Source: Bacillota bacterium (GTDB taxonomy: Bacteria > Bacillota > Clostridia > Christensenellales > SZUA-584). Taken from it: a stretch of DNA of 64,000 nucleotides. Location of the stretch: positions 25,315 through 89,314 of the forward strand of contig JAEWCC010000007.1 in assembly GCA_023390815.1 (NCBI GenBank), read 5' to 3'. The notes beneath the pieces are model-generated. The model did no database searches. It had not been told where the DNA came from and saw nothing but the letters and a program-made list of their open reading frames with translations. Of the stretch, positions 1 through 9,463 are shown one piece after another. The translations under genes were made by a program, and so were the position numbers. How positions within the stretch are numbered: position 1 is the stretch's first letter; every line of letters starts with the position of its first letter.

Positions 1-207
1 GTCTTTACGCAATATCAGGCTGGCCTCTTTCGACCCAATCAGATAGACTTCATCATTTTTGCCCGCCTGACGGGTCGAGTCGGCAGCCACGATCACTTTC
101 GATGGTTTGCCGTTTTCAATCACCTGCACAATAAGCAGCTTGATACCCAGAAGATTTTCATTTTTAACCGTTGAGACCACCGAACCGATCACTTTGCCGA
201 TATACAT
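1..207 (-). CDS. BMC pentameric vertex protein (EutN/CcmL/PduN family), C-terminus cut by window edge
   Basis: Own translation from ATG at 207 (absent from ORF track because partial): MYIGKVIGSVVSTVKNENLLGIKLLIVQVIENGKPSKVIVAADSTRQAGKNDEVYLIGSKEAS..., open to nt 1. Same signature as 3940..4263. Confidence 0.8.
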   Translation of the reverse strand, partial: MYIGKVIGSVVSTVKNENLLGIKLLIVQVIENGKPSKVIVAADSTRQAGKNDEVYLIGSKEASLILRKD

Positions 208-236
208 GTCCTGTAACCTCGTAGACGCTGCTATGT

Positions 237-536
237 TTATTTCTGCGGTTTTACCGGGCTTGCTTCCTTAGGCAATATGCCTTCCACTTCATCGTGCGGG
301 CGCGGAATCACATGCACGCTGACCAGTTCGCCAACCCGCTTGGCCGCTGCGGCACCCGCTTCTACGGCTGCCTTGACCGCACCCACATCACCTCTGACCA
401 TGACCGTCACAAGCCCGGAACCAATCTGTTCCTTACCGATCAGCCTGACATCTGCCGCTTTTACCATCGCGTCTGCGGCCTCAATTGAACCCACGAGACC
501 TTTCGTCTCAACCATACCCAGTGCTTCCTTCATCAT
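237..536 (-). CDS. BMC-H hexameric shell protein (PduA/EutM-like)
   Basis: Canonical single BMC domain: [26 protein letters not shown]...[17 protein letters not shown]. 99 aa. Confidence 0.9.
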   Translation of the reverse strand: MMKEALGMVETKGLVGSIEAADAMVKAADVRLIGKEQIGSGLVTVMVRGDVGAVKAAVEAGAAAAKRVGELVSVHVIPRPHDEVEGILPKEASPVKPQK

Positions 537-566
537 TTACGTATCTCTCCTTTTGGATAATCTGGT

Positions 567-1118
567 TTATAATATTGCCTGCAAAATATCTGGATGCGGT
601 GAGGGAATTACAACAGCCCCCGCGACCATTCCTTTGGTTTCTTCCAGGCCCTGCGCGCTTTGTACGGCAAACCGCACCGCCGCCACATCTCCTGTCGATA
701 TGATGAACGACTTTCCGCAAAGCCCCCGGCCTAAGCGGACTTCGATCAGTCGAATATCTGCTGCCTTCACCATCGTATCTGCGCAGATCACCGCTGAAGC
801 GAGTGAAAACATCTCAATAATTCCCAGTGCGCCTAAACCTTCCGTGTCCGTACAGGCATTCAGCGCGCCGATCACCTGTTCGTGAATATTGGGAATGACG
901 ATGCTGTCGACGAGTACCGTACCCGCCATCTCCGCTCCGGCATCCACCGATGCTTTGACCGCAGCAACACTGCCCGAAACAATCACGATGTGTTTTCCCG
1001 CGCAAACCGTCTGCGCTGTTTCAAGCTTCACATCCGCAGCCTTGAGCATGGCGTCTCCCGCTTCAATACCCCTCGGTATGCAATTTGTTTCGATCATCCC
1101 TAATGCGTTCAAGACCAT
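567..1118 (-). CDS. BMC-T tandem-domain shell protein (PduT-like)
   Basis: Two BMC domains in one 183-aa chain (ALGMIETNCIPRGIEAGDAM... and ALGIIEMFSLASAVICADTM...). Confidence 0.85.
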   Translation of the reverse strand: MVLNALGMIETNCIPRGIEAGDAMLKAADVKLETAQTVCAGKHIVIVSGSVAAVKASVDAGAEMAGTVLVDSIVIPNIHEQVIGALNACTDTEGLGALGIIEMFSLASAVICADTMVKAADIRLIEVRLGRGLCGKSFIISTGDVAAVRFAVQSAQGLEETKGMVAGAVVIPSPHPDILQAIL

Positions 1119-1126
1119 TCTCCTTT

Positions 1127-2449
1127 CTACTGCGCTTTTATCGTTATGGAGCTCTCAGTGATCTTTGTAACCTGACCTTTGATACTGGCATGTATTTTCG
1201 CCCCAAGGCTCTTTTCGGGAATATCCGCGATCAGCTGCCCTTTTACGACGGCATCTCCCTGTTTGACCACGGGGACCGATGGCGCACCGATATGCATACG
1301 AAGCGGTAAACAAACCTCGCGAACAACCGGGGCGCTATCGACAAACACAGTATCGATATCAAATTTGAGTATCCCCATGCGTGCCATAAGCCGTTTCACC
1401 GGAACCTTGACCGTATCTTTACTGGAAGAGACGCTTCCCCAGACACGTTTATCTGGCTTGACACCGCTGTTTATAAGCCCCGACTTCATTTGAGTCATCA
1501 TGCGGCTGGGGCTTAAGCCAAAATTACACGCGTAATAGCTGCAAAGTCCGCAGTCACAGCACGAGAATAACCCATTTGCGTCACCCAGAAGCTCCGCATT
1601 GCCTGTAAAAATCGTGCGCATGACCTTATGAGGTTCTACCCTAAGCCCAAGCGCGTTGCGAGGGCAAAGCTGTGTGCACATGCTGCACTGGCAGCAGACT
1701 GCCTTTGCCAGCTTATATTCGAGGTTGTAGTCCTTTGTCTTTTGTTTGATCAGAGGATGGTCCGACCTAAATATCAGGACACCCCCTGTTGTTTTTTGCA
1801 CAGGTTCGCTCCAGTTGGTGCAAATCTTCCCCGTTGCGGGTCCGCCGATGATAACGGTATAGCCGTCACTTTGATCCGGCCCGCCCGCCGCTTTGATCAG
1901 GGTACTGACCGGCGTGCCGATCGGCACTTTCATGGTAACGGGATGCTCCACCTCCCCGCTCACCGTAACATACTTATCCGTTAAAGGCTTGCCTTCCAGC
2001 GCATCCGCCACGTTCATTAACGTGCTGACATTGACCACCACCGCGCCTACGTCAAGCGGTATACCGCCTGTGGGCACCACCTTGCCGGTCACTTCATACA
2101 CAATCTGCTGCTCATCCCCGGCCGGATAATAATTATCCATCGGAAAAACCGTCATATTCGGTTCATGCGCTATGGCGTTTTCAAGTGTTTCGATCGCCTT
2201 ATGGTTTTTCTTTTTTACGCATATCACACCGTTTGAAGCGCCGACCGCTTGCATAACCGCCTTCAGACCGGCTGCAATACGTGCCGGATATTTTTCCATC
2301 ATGGTACGGTCAGTGCGCAGCAACGGTTCGCACTCCGCGCCGTTCGCCAAAACGATGTCCGCTTTACCGCTTACTTTGACATGCGTCGGAAAACCCGCTC
2401 CGCCAGCGCCGACGACTCCCGCTTCGCGGATCTGATCTGCAATCCCCAT
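1127..2449 (-). CDS. RnfC/PduS-like Fe-S flavoprotein oxidoreductase
   Basis: GAGGAGFPTHVK nucleotide-binding motif. Cys clusters CCQCSMCTQLCP and CDCGLCSYYAC. C-terminal RnfC-type barrel-sandwich-like segment LPLRMHIGAPSVPVVKQGDAVVKGQLIA. Located in a BMC operon. Confidence 0.8.
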   Translation of the reverse strand: MGIADQIREAGVVGAGGAGFPTHVKVSGKADIVLANGAECEPLLRTDRTMMEKYPARIAAGLKAVMQAVGASNGVICVKKKNHKAIETLENAIAHEPNMTVFPMDNYYPAGDEQQIVYEVTGKVVPTGGIPLDVGAVVVNVSTLMNVADALEGKPLTDKYVTVSGEVEHPVTMKVPIGTPVSTLIKAAGGPDQSDGYTVIIGGPATGKICTNWSEPVQKTTGGVLIFRSDHPLIKQKTKDYNLEYKLAKAVCCQCSMCTQLCPRNALGLRVEPHKVMRTIFTGNAELLGDANGLFSCCDCGLCSYYACNFGLSPSRMMTQMKSGLINSGVKPDKRVWGSVSSSKDTVKVPVKRLMARMGILKFDIDTVFVDSAPVVREVCLPLRMHIGAPSVPVVKQGDAVVKGQLIADIPEKSLGAKIHASIKGQVTKITESSITIKAQ

Positions 2450-2463
2450 CCCATCTCCTTTGC

Positions 2464-3885
2464 TTACACGATCCTGAAGTTTCCGTAAAGCACACAGCGG
2501 CGCGACCGTGTAAACGTGCGCGCGCTTGTCAGCCCTTCGCCTGTCGGTGTCGCGATCGTGAGGGTGGTAAAGCCTTCCCCGTTAAAACCAAGGCCTGCGT
2601 ATGAAGGCGCGTTCTTGACAAATATCGTGGTATTGACGGCTTTAGCCGCCATGGATAAATGACTGACGTTCTGTGAATGCATCATCGCCGTGTGCCGGCA
2701 TCCGTTTTCCGCTTTAATCGCTTTATCAATGGCGGTCTGTATATCGTCTTCGATGCGCACGATACCCAGCACCGGCATCAGCATCTCAACCGTCACAAAC
2801 GGATGGTCTTCATCCACCGCGGCAATCACAAGCCGCGGATCACCCGTAAAGGCAACCCCGCTGTCTCTCAATATCACCGACGCATCTTTACCCACGTAGT
2901 TTCGGTTAATCACGTAACCGCCGTCTTTTTTGATCAGTACCGTTTTAACGATTTTATCGATATCGGTACCCAGCACCCTGCATGCGCCGTGTTTTTCCAT
3001 TTCTCTCATCAGCATATCGGCAACCGATTGATACACAAACACTTCCTTCTCAGCAATACATAAAACGTTATTGTCGAAGCTTGCCCCACCCACGATATCT
3101 TTGGCCGCCTGCGGTATAATCGCCGTGTCGTCAACGATCACCGGCGGGTTGCCGGGCCCTGCCGCGATCACCTTTTTACCCGTCTTCATGGCGACTCTGA
3201 CGACCGCTTCCCCGCCCGTTATGGACAGAAGCGGAATATCAGGATGCTCCATGATCACCTTGCCGCTTTCAATCGTAGGTTCCTTGACTGTGCATATCAG
3301 GTTTGCCGGGCCGCCTGCACTGACAATCGCGTCATTCAATATCCGCATCGTTTCAGCGGATACTTTTTTGGCCGCGGGATGGGGATTAAACACGACCGAG
3401 TTTCCTGCCGCGATCATGCTGATGGCGTTGTTAATCACGCTGGACGATGGATTTGTCGACGGCGTGATTGAGCCGATCACGCCAAACGGAGCGCGTTCTA
3501 CCAGGGTCAGCCCATAGTCGCCAGACATCGCATCCGCCGTTAAATCCTCTATGCCGGGTGTCTTTTCAATCGCGAGCTTGTTCTTAAGCACTTTATCAGC
3601 CACCCTGCCATACCCGGTCTCTTGATTCGCAAGCTCTGAAAGATATTGCACCTTTGCCATCGCGGCCATGCGCATCGCATCAATCAGCTTGCCTCTCTGT
3701 GCAAGAGAAAGCTTCATCAGCTGCTTTTGCGCTTCTTTGGCAGCCTGTATGGCATCATTCGGGTCATCACACAGCCAGCATGCCCCCCCTGTGCGGACGA
3801 CTCCCGCTTTGCCTGCACTACTCTGGCCGGCTTGTTTCACTGTATCTTCAATAATTTTTTGGATTTGCTCGTTCGTCAAACTCAT
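2464..3885 (-). CDS. CoA-acylating aldehyde dehydrogenase (PduP/EutE family) with N-terminal encapsulation-peptide-like helix
   Basis: 473 aa with ALDH-fold motifs (FNPHPAAK, GPGNPP, catalytic-Cys context NNVLCIAEKE). Amphipathic N-terminus MSLTNEQIQKIIEDTVKQ followed by a Gly/Ser linker. Confidence 0.9.
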   Translation of the reverse strand: MSLTNEQIQKIIEDTVKQAGQSSAGKAGVVRTGGACWLCDDPNDAIQAAKEAQKQLMKLSLAQRGKLIDAMRMAAMAKVQYLSELANQETGYGRVADKVLKNKLAIEKTPGIEDLTADAMSGDYGLTLVERAPFGVIGSITPSTNPSSSVINNAISMIAAGNSVVFNPHPAAKKVSAETMRILNDAIVSAGGPANLICTVKEPTIESGKVIMEHPDIPLLSITGGEAVVRVAMKTGKKVIAAGPGNPPVIVDDTAIIPQAAKDIVGGASFDNNVLCIAEKEVFVYQSVADMLMREMEKHGACRVLGTDIDKIVKTVLIKKDGGYVINRNYVGKDASVILRDSGVAFTGDPRLVIAAVDEDHPFVTVEMLMPVLGIVRIEDDIQTAIDKAIKAENGCRHTAMMHSQNVSHLSMAAKAVNTTIFVKNAPSYAGLGFNGEGFTTLTIATPTGEGLTSARTFTRSRRCVLYGNFRIV

Positions 3886-3939
3886 ATTTAACCTCTGTCA
3901 CGCTTTGTCCGCACATTGAGCATCGTTCGCATGCATTGA

Positions 3940-4263
3940 TTACGACTTCTCCGCAGCGATTCCTGACGCCTCGAATTTGCGAAATACAATATTGCCCCGC
4001 AGCTCAACTGAATCAATAATGGCGATGATCGCAAGATCGGATGGTTTGCCGTCTGTGATTCCGGTCTGTCTGGAAGAGCTTCCGCCCACACACATCACCA
4101 CTTCATCTTCACCCGCGCCGACCGTATCAATCGCGACAAGCGGCTGACCCTTTTCGTTGAACGACTCAATGTCGATAGGGACAACGATCAGCAGTTTTAA
4201 TCCCAGTAGCTTTTCCGCTTTGTTTGTGCTGACCACATTGCCCACCACCCGCGCTAAAATCAT
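3940..4263 (-). CDS. BMC pentameric vertex protein (EutN/CcmL family)
   Basis: MILARVVGNVVSTNKAEKLLGLKLLIVVPID...VVMCVGGSSSRQ. 107 aa. Start overlaps the stop of the upstream gene by 4 nt. Confidence 0.85.
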   Translation of the reverse strand: MILARVVGNVVSTNKAEKLLGLKLLIVVPIDIESFNEKGQPLVAIDTVGAGEDEVVMCVGGSSSRQTGITDGKPSDLAIIAIIDSVELRGNIVFRKFEASGIAAEKS

Positions 4264-4970
4264 ACTTCGTTAACTCCTTGCTCATTCACAATCGCTATAT
4301 TCAGCTCTTTAGCCTTATCCCTGGCAAGCGGCGTGATGATGGCACCAGGCAGCGTGATAACGGATGTGCCTGCCTTCTTATATGTATCTTCCACATCGGT
4401 CTCTGTCACCAGTGACAGCCCATGCATTGCCTTTTGCGTCCCGGGTGCTGTCGATACGACTTTGACGCCCATATCCTTGAGTGCATCCAGCGCGTCGCAG
4501 AGCACCTCAAATACTGTGCTGCGTTTAAACTTTGGCATCGTATAATCCAGCACGCAGGATACTTTTTTCTCCCAGAGGATTGCCCGCATGACAAGCTGTT
4601 CAATGAAGCCCGAATCGTCGCCTGAAGCGATATTCTTAAGCAGCGTGATCGGCGGTATGGCAAGAACGATTTCACCGTACTGATTAAGCGATGCCATAAG
4701 CTGCGTTTCATCCACGCCAGCCTGAAACCTTGCCGTCTTGAAGGGTGAATTTTTCAGCACCGCATTTTCCCACAGTATGCATGTCACCGGTTCTTGATAA
4801 GTTCTCTTCAAATACGACATCAATGCGGCTTCATCCGCGATATATGAAGGGATCAGCACCAACACACCGTTTTTCGCCTGGGAATTTGTTACACTTGCTA
4901 ATCCGCCCATATCCTCAACACGCCTGAGCACTTCCTCCGCAATAAGGCGAATCATATCTTGTTCTGTCAT
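4260..4970 (-). CDS. BMC-locus protein of unknown function with encapsulation-peptide-like N-terminus
   Basis: 236-aa ORF inside the operon. N-terminus MTEQDMIRLIAEEVLRRVEDMGG resembles BMC targeting helices. C-terminal motif LVTETDVEDTYKKAGTSVITLPGAIITPLARDKAKELNIAI. No family recognised by eye. Confidence 0.5.
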   Translation of the reverse strand: MTEQDMIRLIAEEVLRRVEDMGGLASVTNSQAKNGVLVLIPSYIADEAALMSYLKRTYQEPVTCILWENAVLKNSPFKTARFQAGVDETQLMASLNQYGEIVLAIPPITLLKNIASGDDSGFIEQLVMRAILWEKKVSCVLDYTMPKFKRSTVFEVLCDALDALKDMGVKVVSTAPGTQKAMHGLSLVTETDVEDTYKKAGTSVITLPGAIITPLARDKAKELNIAIVNEQGVNEV

Positions 4971-4982
4971 CTCTGCTCCAAG

Positions 4983-5618
4983 CTATCTGATCAATTCCAA
5001 TAGATCTCCGTTTTTTATCGAGGCGGCATTGGCTTCATCCGTATCAATATGCAGCTCCAGATCATGGCTGCTGCCCGCACGGACAACCACATCCCCAAAC
5101 ACCACCGGCCGCAAGCCTGACTTTCTAACGCTGACGGTATCGCCGTCTTTAAGTCCGAACCACGCAGCCTGCTCTGTCGATGCATGCAGGTGGCGCATGG
5201 ATACGATCACGCCGAAAGGCAAGTTATATTCACCTTTCGGCCCCACAAGTTTGCCGCAGGGTGTGCCCTGAACATCACCCGACATCCGAACCACAGGCGA
5301 TATTCCAAGAACGAACGAATCCGTCACCGATATTTCCACTTGTGTATCAGGCCGCACCGGCCCGAGTACCCGAATACCCTTAATCGCCCCTTTTTCACCG
5401 ACCAGTGTGACTTTTTCTTCACACGCATATTGATTCGGCTGCGACAACGGTCTTAGCTTTCTGAGCACGTAGTCTTTTCCGAACAATGCCTCTAAAGCTT
5501 CCTGCGACAGATGGATATGGCGGCTCGATACCGCTGCAGGTATATAATAATGGTTTTTTGCAGCCAGCGTCTGAATTATTGATTTTTTGATTGTTGCTTC
5601 AATATCCGATTTTTCCAT
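4983..5618 (-). CDS. pduL: Phosphate acyltransferase PduL (PTAC)
   Basis: 211 aa with duplicated PduL half-domains (SSRHIHLSQEALE... and SMRHLHASTEQAAW...) and the LELHIDTDEANA motif. Confidence 0.85.
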   Translation of the reverse strand: MEKSDIEATIKKSIIQTLAAKNHYYIPAAVSSRHIHLSQEALEALFGKDYVLRKLRPLSQPNQYACEEKVTLVGEKGAIKGIRVLGPVRPDTQVEISVTDSFVLGISPVVRMSGDVQGTPCGKLVGPKGEYNLPFGVIVSMRHLHASTEQAAWFGLKDGDTVSVRKSGLRPVVFGDVVVRAGSSHDLELHIDTDEANAASIKNGDLLELIR

Positions 5619-5647
5619 GCTTCCATCCTTGCATCATGCCAATCGCA

Positions 5648-5974
5648 TTAGTCCCTGTTAACCCAGAAAAGCAGCGTCTCCGTTTTCCCGGGGTTGCTTG
5701 ACCAATGCCATTCACCCTTCGGCAAATGAACAATCTGCCCCTGGCTGGCTGTGATATCTTCGCCTTGCTTCCTTTTTATCTTCAGTTCACCCGCAGCGAT
5801 AAAGAATATCTCATCTGAGCCATGGCTCTCAAAATCCTTCATGATTTCACCGGGCTTTAGTACCAATGTGCCGCAGCTCATCTCTGCGCCCTGGCCTGCC
5901 TTGAGCGCCTGCCGGACGATACCGCCGTATTCCGGTGTTGCTTCAATTTCTGCTAAGTTGAATACTTTCATCAT
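5648..5974 (-). CDS. Small cupin-domain protein
   Basis: 108 aa with cupin beta-barrel motifs (HGSDEIFFIAAGEL...VHLPKGEWHW). Confidence 0.6.
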   Translation of the reverse strand: MMKVFNLAEIEATPEYGGIVRQALKAGQGAEMSCGTLVLKPGEIMKDFESHGSDEIFFIAAGELKIKRKQGEDITASQGQIVHLPKGEWHWSSNPGKTETLLFWVNRD

Positions 5975-5994
5975 ATTCTTCCTTCCATTGATTT

Positions 5995-6270
5995 TTAAGC
6001 TTTGGGCAGTATGCCTTCCACATCATCATGCGGCCTCGGAATAACGTGCACCGCGTAAAGCTCTCCCACGCGCTTTGCTGCCGCTGCGCCTGCGTCCACT
6101 GCAGCTTTCACCGCACCCACATCACCGCGAACTATCACTGTTACCAAACCGCTGCCGATCTTCTCTTTTCCGCAAAGCTTCACATTGGCTGCTTTAACCA
6201 TTGCATCGGCCGCTTCCACGGCGCCAACCAATCCCTTTGTTTCCACCATCCCTAACGCCTGCTTTTCCAT
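5995..6270 (-). CDS. BMC-H hexameric shell protein (PduA/EutM-like)
   Basis: Start moved to the ATG at 6270 ([30 protein letters not shown]...), preceded by AAAGGAGA. The track start at 6348 would overlap the upstream gene. Confidence 0.9.
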   Translation of the reverse strand: MEKQALGMVETKGLVGAVEAADAMVKAANVKLCGKEKIGSGLVTVIVRGDVGAVKAAVDAGAAAAKRVGELYAVHVIPRPHDDVEGILPKA

Positions 6271-6334
6271 GATCCGTATCTCCTTTAAATCGTAATGCTC
6301 CTTCAGAGCTTTTTTTAATTCTGTTTTCTGTCGT

Positions 6335-7366
6335 TTACGGTATGACAATCGCCTTTTCTGCTTCCTCGTCGATTAAGCTTTTAAATGCCTTTTCAATATC
6401 TGAAAAAGCAAATTCGGTAATATACTTCTCTACATTGAGCTGTCCGCTTGCAATCGACTCAAGCGCCTGAACGTTCTGTTTAACGGTCGATGCGTGAGCG
6501 CCAAAAACTCCGAGCTCTTTGTAGTGAATCAGGTTGCTGTCCAGATGATAGTTGTTTTCACCCGGAAGCCCGCCAAACAGGCTCATCCTGCCGTTTTTGA
6601 TCAACAGCTCCAATCCCTGCTTATGGGTAATGCCCGCCGGGCAGGCGGTAATCACCACGTCCACACCATCTTGTCCTGCGATATTGCCAATCAGTGTCCT
6701 GTAATCGGGATCACCCGAATTGATAACAAAGGCATTCGGCACCAATACTTTGGCCTTGTTGCGTCTTTTCTCGGATACTTCGGCAATAAAAACATTGTTT
6801 GCGCCCTGCATAAAGGCCAGTTCGGCATGAATACAGCCAAGATAACCCGCGCCGTATATCACGACGTTATCGCCCTTTTCAATCTTTAGAAAGCTCTGAG
6901 CGTTAATGGCGCAGGCCACAGGCTCTGCAACACTTGCGGCTTTGGATGACACATGATCCGGCACTTTAATCAAATGCCCTCTTTCGATGGCTTCCTTAGG
7001 CAGCGTGATATATTCCGCAAAGGTTCCCGGAAATTCAAACCCTACTGTTTTTAATGAACTGCACATATTGGTGCGGCCTTTTTTGCAGCTTTTGCATTCA
7101 CCGCAGCCAATCGCGGGAGCCATCACATAGCGCTCTCCGGGTTTTAAATTGACGCCATCTCCCACTTCCACGATTTCACAGCATCCTTCGTGTCCGATTG
7201 TAATGGGGGTTTTTAGTTTCGGACTCCCAAAGCGGTATGTGCGAAGATCTGTGCCGCATATGGACGCACAAATCACTTTGGCAACGGCTTGCCCCGCCTG
7301 CGCCTTAGGCATGGGTACTTCGTCAATTGAAAAATTCTTTTCGCCGTGATAAACGTATGCTTTCAT
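6335..7366 (-). CDS. Zn-dependent alcohol/polyol dehydrogenase (MDR superfamily)
   Basis: [15 protein letters not shown] catalytic-Zn motif, structural-Zn Cys cluster [15 protein letters not shown], Rossmann motif GAGYLG. Confidence 0.8.
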   Translation of the reverse strand: MKAYVYHGEKNFSIDEVPMPKAQAGQAVAKVICASICGTDLRTYRFGSPKLKTPITIGHEGCCEIVEVGDGVNLKPGERYVMAPAIGCGECKSCKKGRTNMCSSLKTVGFEFPGTFAEYITLPKEAIERGHLIKVPDHVSSKAASVAEPVACAINAQSFLKIEKGDNVVIYGAGYLGCIHAELAFMQGANNVFIAEVSEKRRNKAKVLVPNAFVINSGDPDYRTLIGNIAGQDGVDVVITACPAGITHKQGLELLIKNGRMSLFGGLPGENNYHLDSNLIHYKELGVFGAHASTVKQNVQALESIASGQLNVEKYITEFAFSDIEKAFKSLIDEEAEKAIVIP

Positions 7367-7393
7367 CCATGTCTCCCTTCGAAACCGGGCAAC

Positions 7394-8452
7394 CTATTCC
7401 ATCCAGGGCAGGAACAGTATCTTGTTGAAAAACAATTCTTTCTTATAGATCTTGTCAAAGATCGCAGGCGCCTCATCCAGCGGCAGCTTGTGCGTGATGA
7501 CCTTTTCGGCATCGATCGTACCGTCTGCGAGACACTCTACGCCGTGTGTCCATTCCCAGCCCGGGAACGGTTTCGAGAACGAGTTCCAGGAACCGACCAT
7601 GGTTTTCTCATGCCTCATAAACAGGTCGACACACTTCTCTGACAACTCAAGCGGTTTGTGAGATATGCCAAGCAGCACCATCTTGCCGTGCTTTGCCGTA
7701 GCCATAAGACCGTTGTGCTGCGCAGCCGGGAAGCCTGAGGCATCGATGCACACGTCTGCACCGCCTTTTGTCGCGCTGACGATCTGCTCTGCCACATCGG
7801 CAGCCAGTCCGTTGATAATCACGTCTGCACCGCAGTTTTTCGCGACAGCGAGCTTTTCATCCGTCACGTCCACCGCCACCACAACGGTCGCGTCTTTAGC
7901 TTTCATGTACTGTATCGCAAATAAACCTATGGCACCTACGCCCATTACACAGACATTGTCTCCGGGTTTAAAGCCGCTGGTTTTAATCGCATGAAGCGCA
8001 TTGGCGAGCGGATCTGCTGTTGCCGCAGCATCGTAAGTCACGTTATCTGCAATTTTTAAAAGGTTTCCTTCAGGAACAGAAACGTATTGTGCGAAAGCAC
8101 CGTCACAACGAGAACCAAAGTAGTTATAGTCCCTGCAAAGCGAGAAATGTCCCTGCTCACAGTATTCACATTTAAAGCAGGGCATCAGCGGCGGAACCGT
8201 CACGCGGTCTCCCGGGGTAAATCCTGTGACCCCGCTACCCACCTTCACGATCTCTCCCGCAAATTCATGACCGGGCGTAATCGGCGAAATGTATGCGCCA
8301 TATTCCAAGATTCTGGGGATGTCGGAACCGCATATACCCACGGCCATCACCTTAACCAGCGCTTCGTTATCCTTTATTTCAGGAACCGGCACTTGTTCTA
8401 CCTTTAAATCTCTGGGTGCATACATTCTGACTGCTTTCATCATATTGCTCAT
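7394..8452 (-). CDS. Zn-dependent alcohol/polyol dehydrogenase (MDR superfamily), second paralogue
   Basis: GHEFAGEIVKVGSGV, CFKCEYCEQGHFSLC, GVGAIGL. Confidence 0.8.
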   Translation of the reverse strand: MSNMMKAVRMYAPRDLKVEQVPVPEIKDNEALVKVMAVGICGSDIPRILEYGAYISPITPGHEFAGEIVKVGSGVTGFTPGDRVTVPPLMPCFKCEYCEQGHFSLCRDYNYFGSRCDGAFAQYVSVPEGNLLKIADNVTYDAAATADPLANALHAIKTSGFKPGDNVCVMGVGAIGLFAIQYMKAKDATVVVAVDVTDEKLAVAKNCGADVIINGLAADVAEQIVSATKGGADVCIDASGFPAAQHNGLMATAKHGKMVLLGISHKPLELSEKCVDLFMRHEKTMVGSWNSFSKPFPGWEWTHGVECLADGTIDAEKVITHKLPLDEAPAIFDKIYKKELFFNKILFLPWME

Positions 8453-8565
8453 TAAAAACTCCTTAATTCAATGAATTCTGTCCGTTTTCTGCCATCGATT
8501 GTGCACTTAACAAAGCCTTAGTCATCTAAGGTCGAAACCGAAGTACGAATAGGCGACTATCTACA

Positions 8566-9387
8566 TCAGTATGCTGTTTTACATATTGTCACATTGCCAG
8601 TGGGACATGTACCCGAGCATTTGCCGCAATTGATACAGCTGCTCTTCTGTTCTCCACCCGCAACGATTTTTGCGCCTGAACTTGTGCCCAGCCTTGTCGC
8701 GCCAGCTTTAATCATCGCCACCGCGCCATTATAGTCCCGTACGCCGCCGGATGCTTTAACGCCCATTAAAGAACCGACCGTCTGACGCATCAGGTGGACG
8801 TCCTCAACCGTAGCGCCGCCCGTAGAGAAACCAGTTGATGTCTTTACAAAATTCGCGCCTGCAAGTTTTGCAATCGTACAGACCTTTATCTTTTCTTCGT
8901 CTGTGAGAAGACATGTTTCTATAATGACCTTCACCAAAGCCCGGCATTTCACCGCATTCACAACCGCCTCAATATCTCTTTTAACGAGCGCCCAATTACC
9001 GGATTTTATTGCGCCGATATTCACAACCATATCCACTTCTTTTGCGCCAAGGGAAACCACCGCACTGGTTTCTTCTGCCTTGATCTCCGGGATCGTGGCG
9101 CCTAAAGGAAAACCAACAACCACACACGGTGCCACGCCGCTGCCGCTAAGCTGCTCTGCGACGAACTCTATATAATTTGGATTGACACATACGCTGGCGA
9201 AGTGATACCGTTTTGCTTCGTCACACACTTTGCGCACATCCTCGACACTGGCCTCCGGTTTCAAAATTGTATGGTCAATGTATTTGGCCAGTGAGGCCGG
9301 TGAATAGTCGTCTGAATTCGTCTGTTGGCCGGCATATTTGGCACAAACTTCTTCTGTCACTTGTCTGATAAGTTCATTTAGATCCAT
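8566..9387 (-). CDS. deoC: Deoxyribose-phosphate aldolase (DERA) with N-terminal targeting-like helix and C-terminal CX2CX2CX3CP tail
   Basis: [27 protein letters not shown] and FVKTSTGF (Schiff-base Lys context). N-terminal extension [21 protein letters not shown]-terminal [25 protein letters not shown]. Confidence 0.85.
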   Translation of the reverse strand: MDLNELIRQVTEEVCAKYAGQQTNSDDYSPASLAKYIDHTILKPEASVEDVRKVCDEAKRYHFASVCVNPNYIEFVAEQLSGSGVAPCVVVGFPLGATIPEIKAEETSAVVSLGAKEVDMVVNIGAIKSGNWALVKRDIEAVVNAVKCRALVKVIIETCLLTDEEKIKVCTIAKLAGANFVKTSTGFSTGGATVEDVHLMRQTVGSLMGVKASGGVRDYNGAVAMIKAGATRLGTSSGAKIVAGGEQKSSCINCGKCSGTCPTGNVTICKTAY

Positions 9388-9463
9388 GGATTATTTCCTC
9401 CCAAAAACTGAATTTTAATAACACCTGTAAATGTGTTCATGCCATTGATCGATGCGGCAATAC

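Noticed and set aside
1127-2449. C-terminal location of the RnfC-type barrel-sandwich segment as a novel circular permutation
   Set aside because: This may be the normal arrangement for BMC-associated PduS-like proteins. I cannot verify domain order without profile searches, so it is recorded only as evidence.
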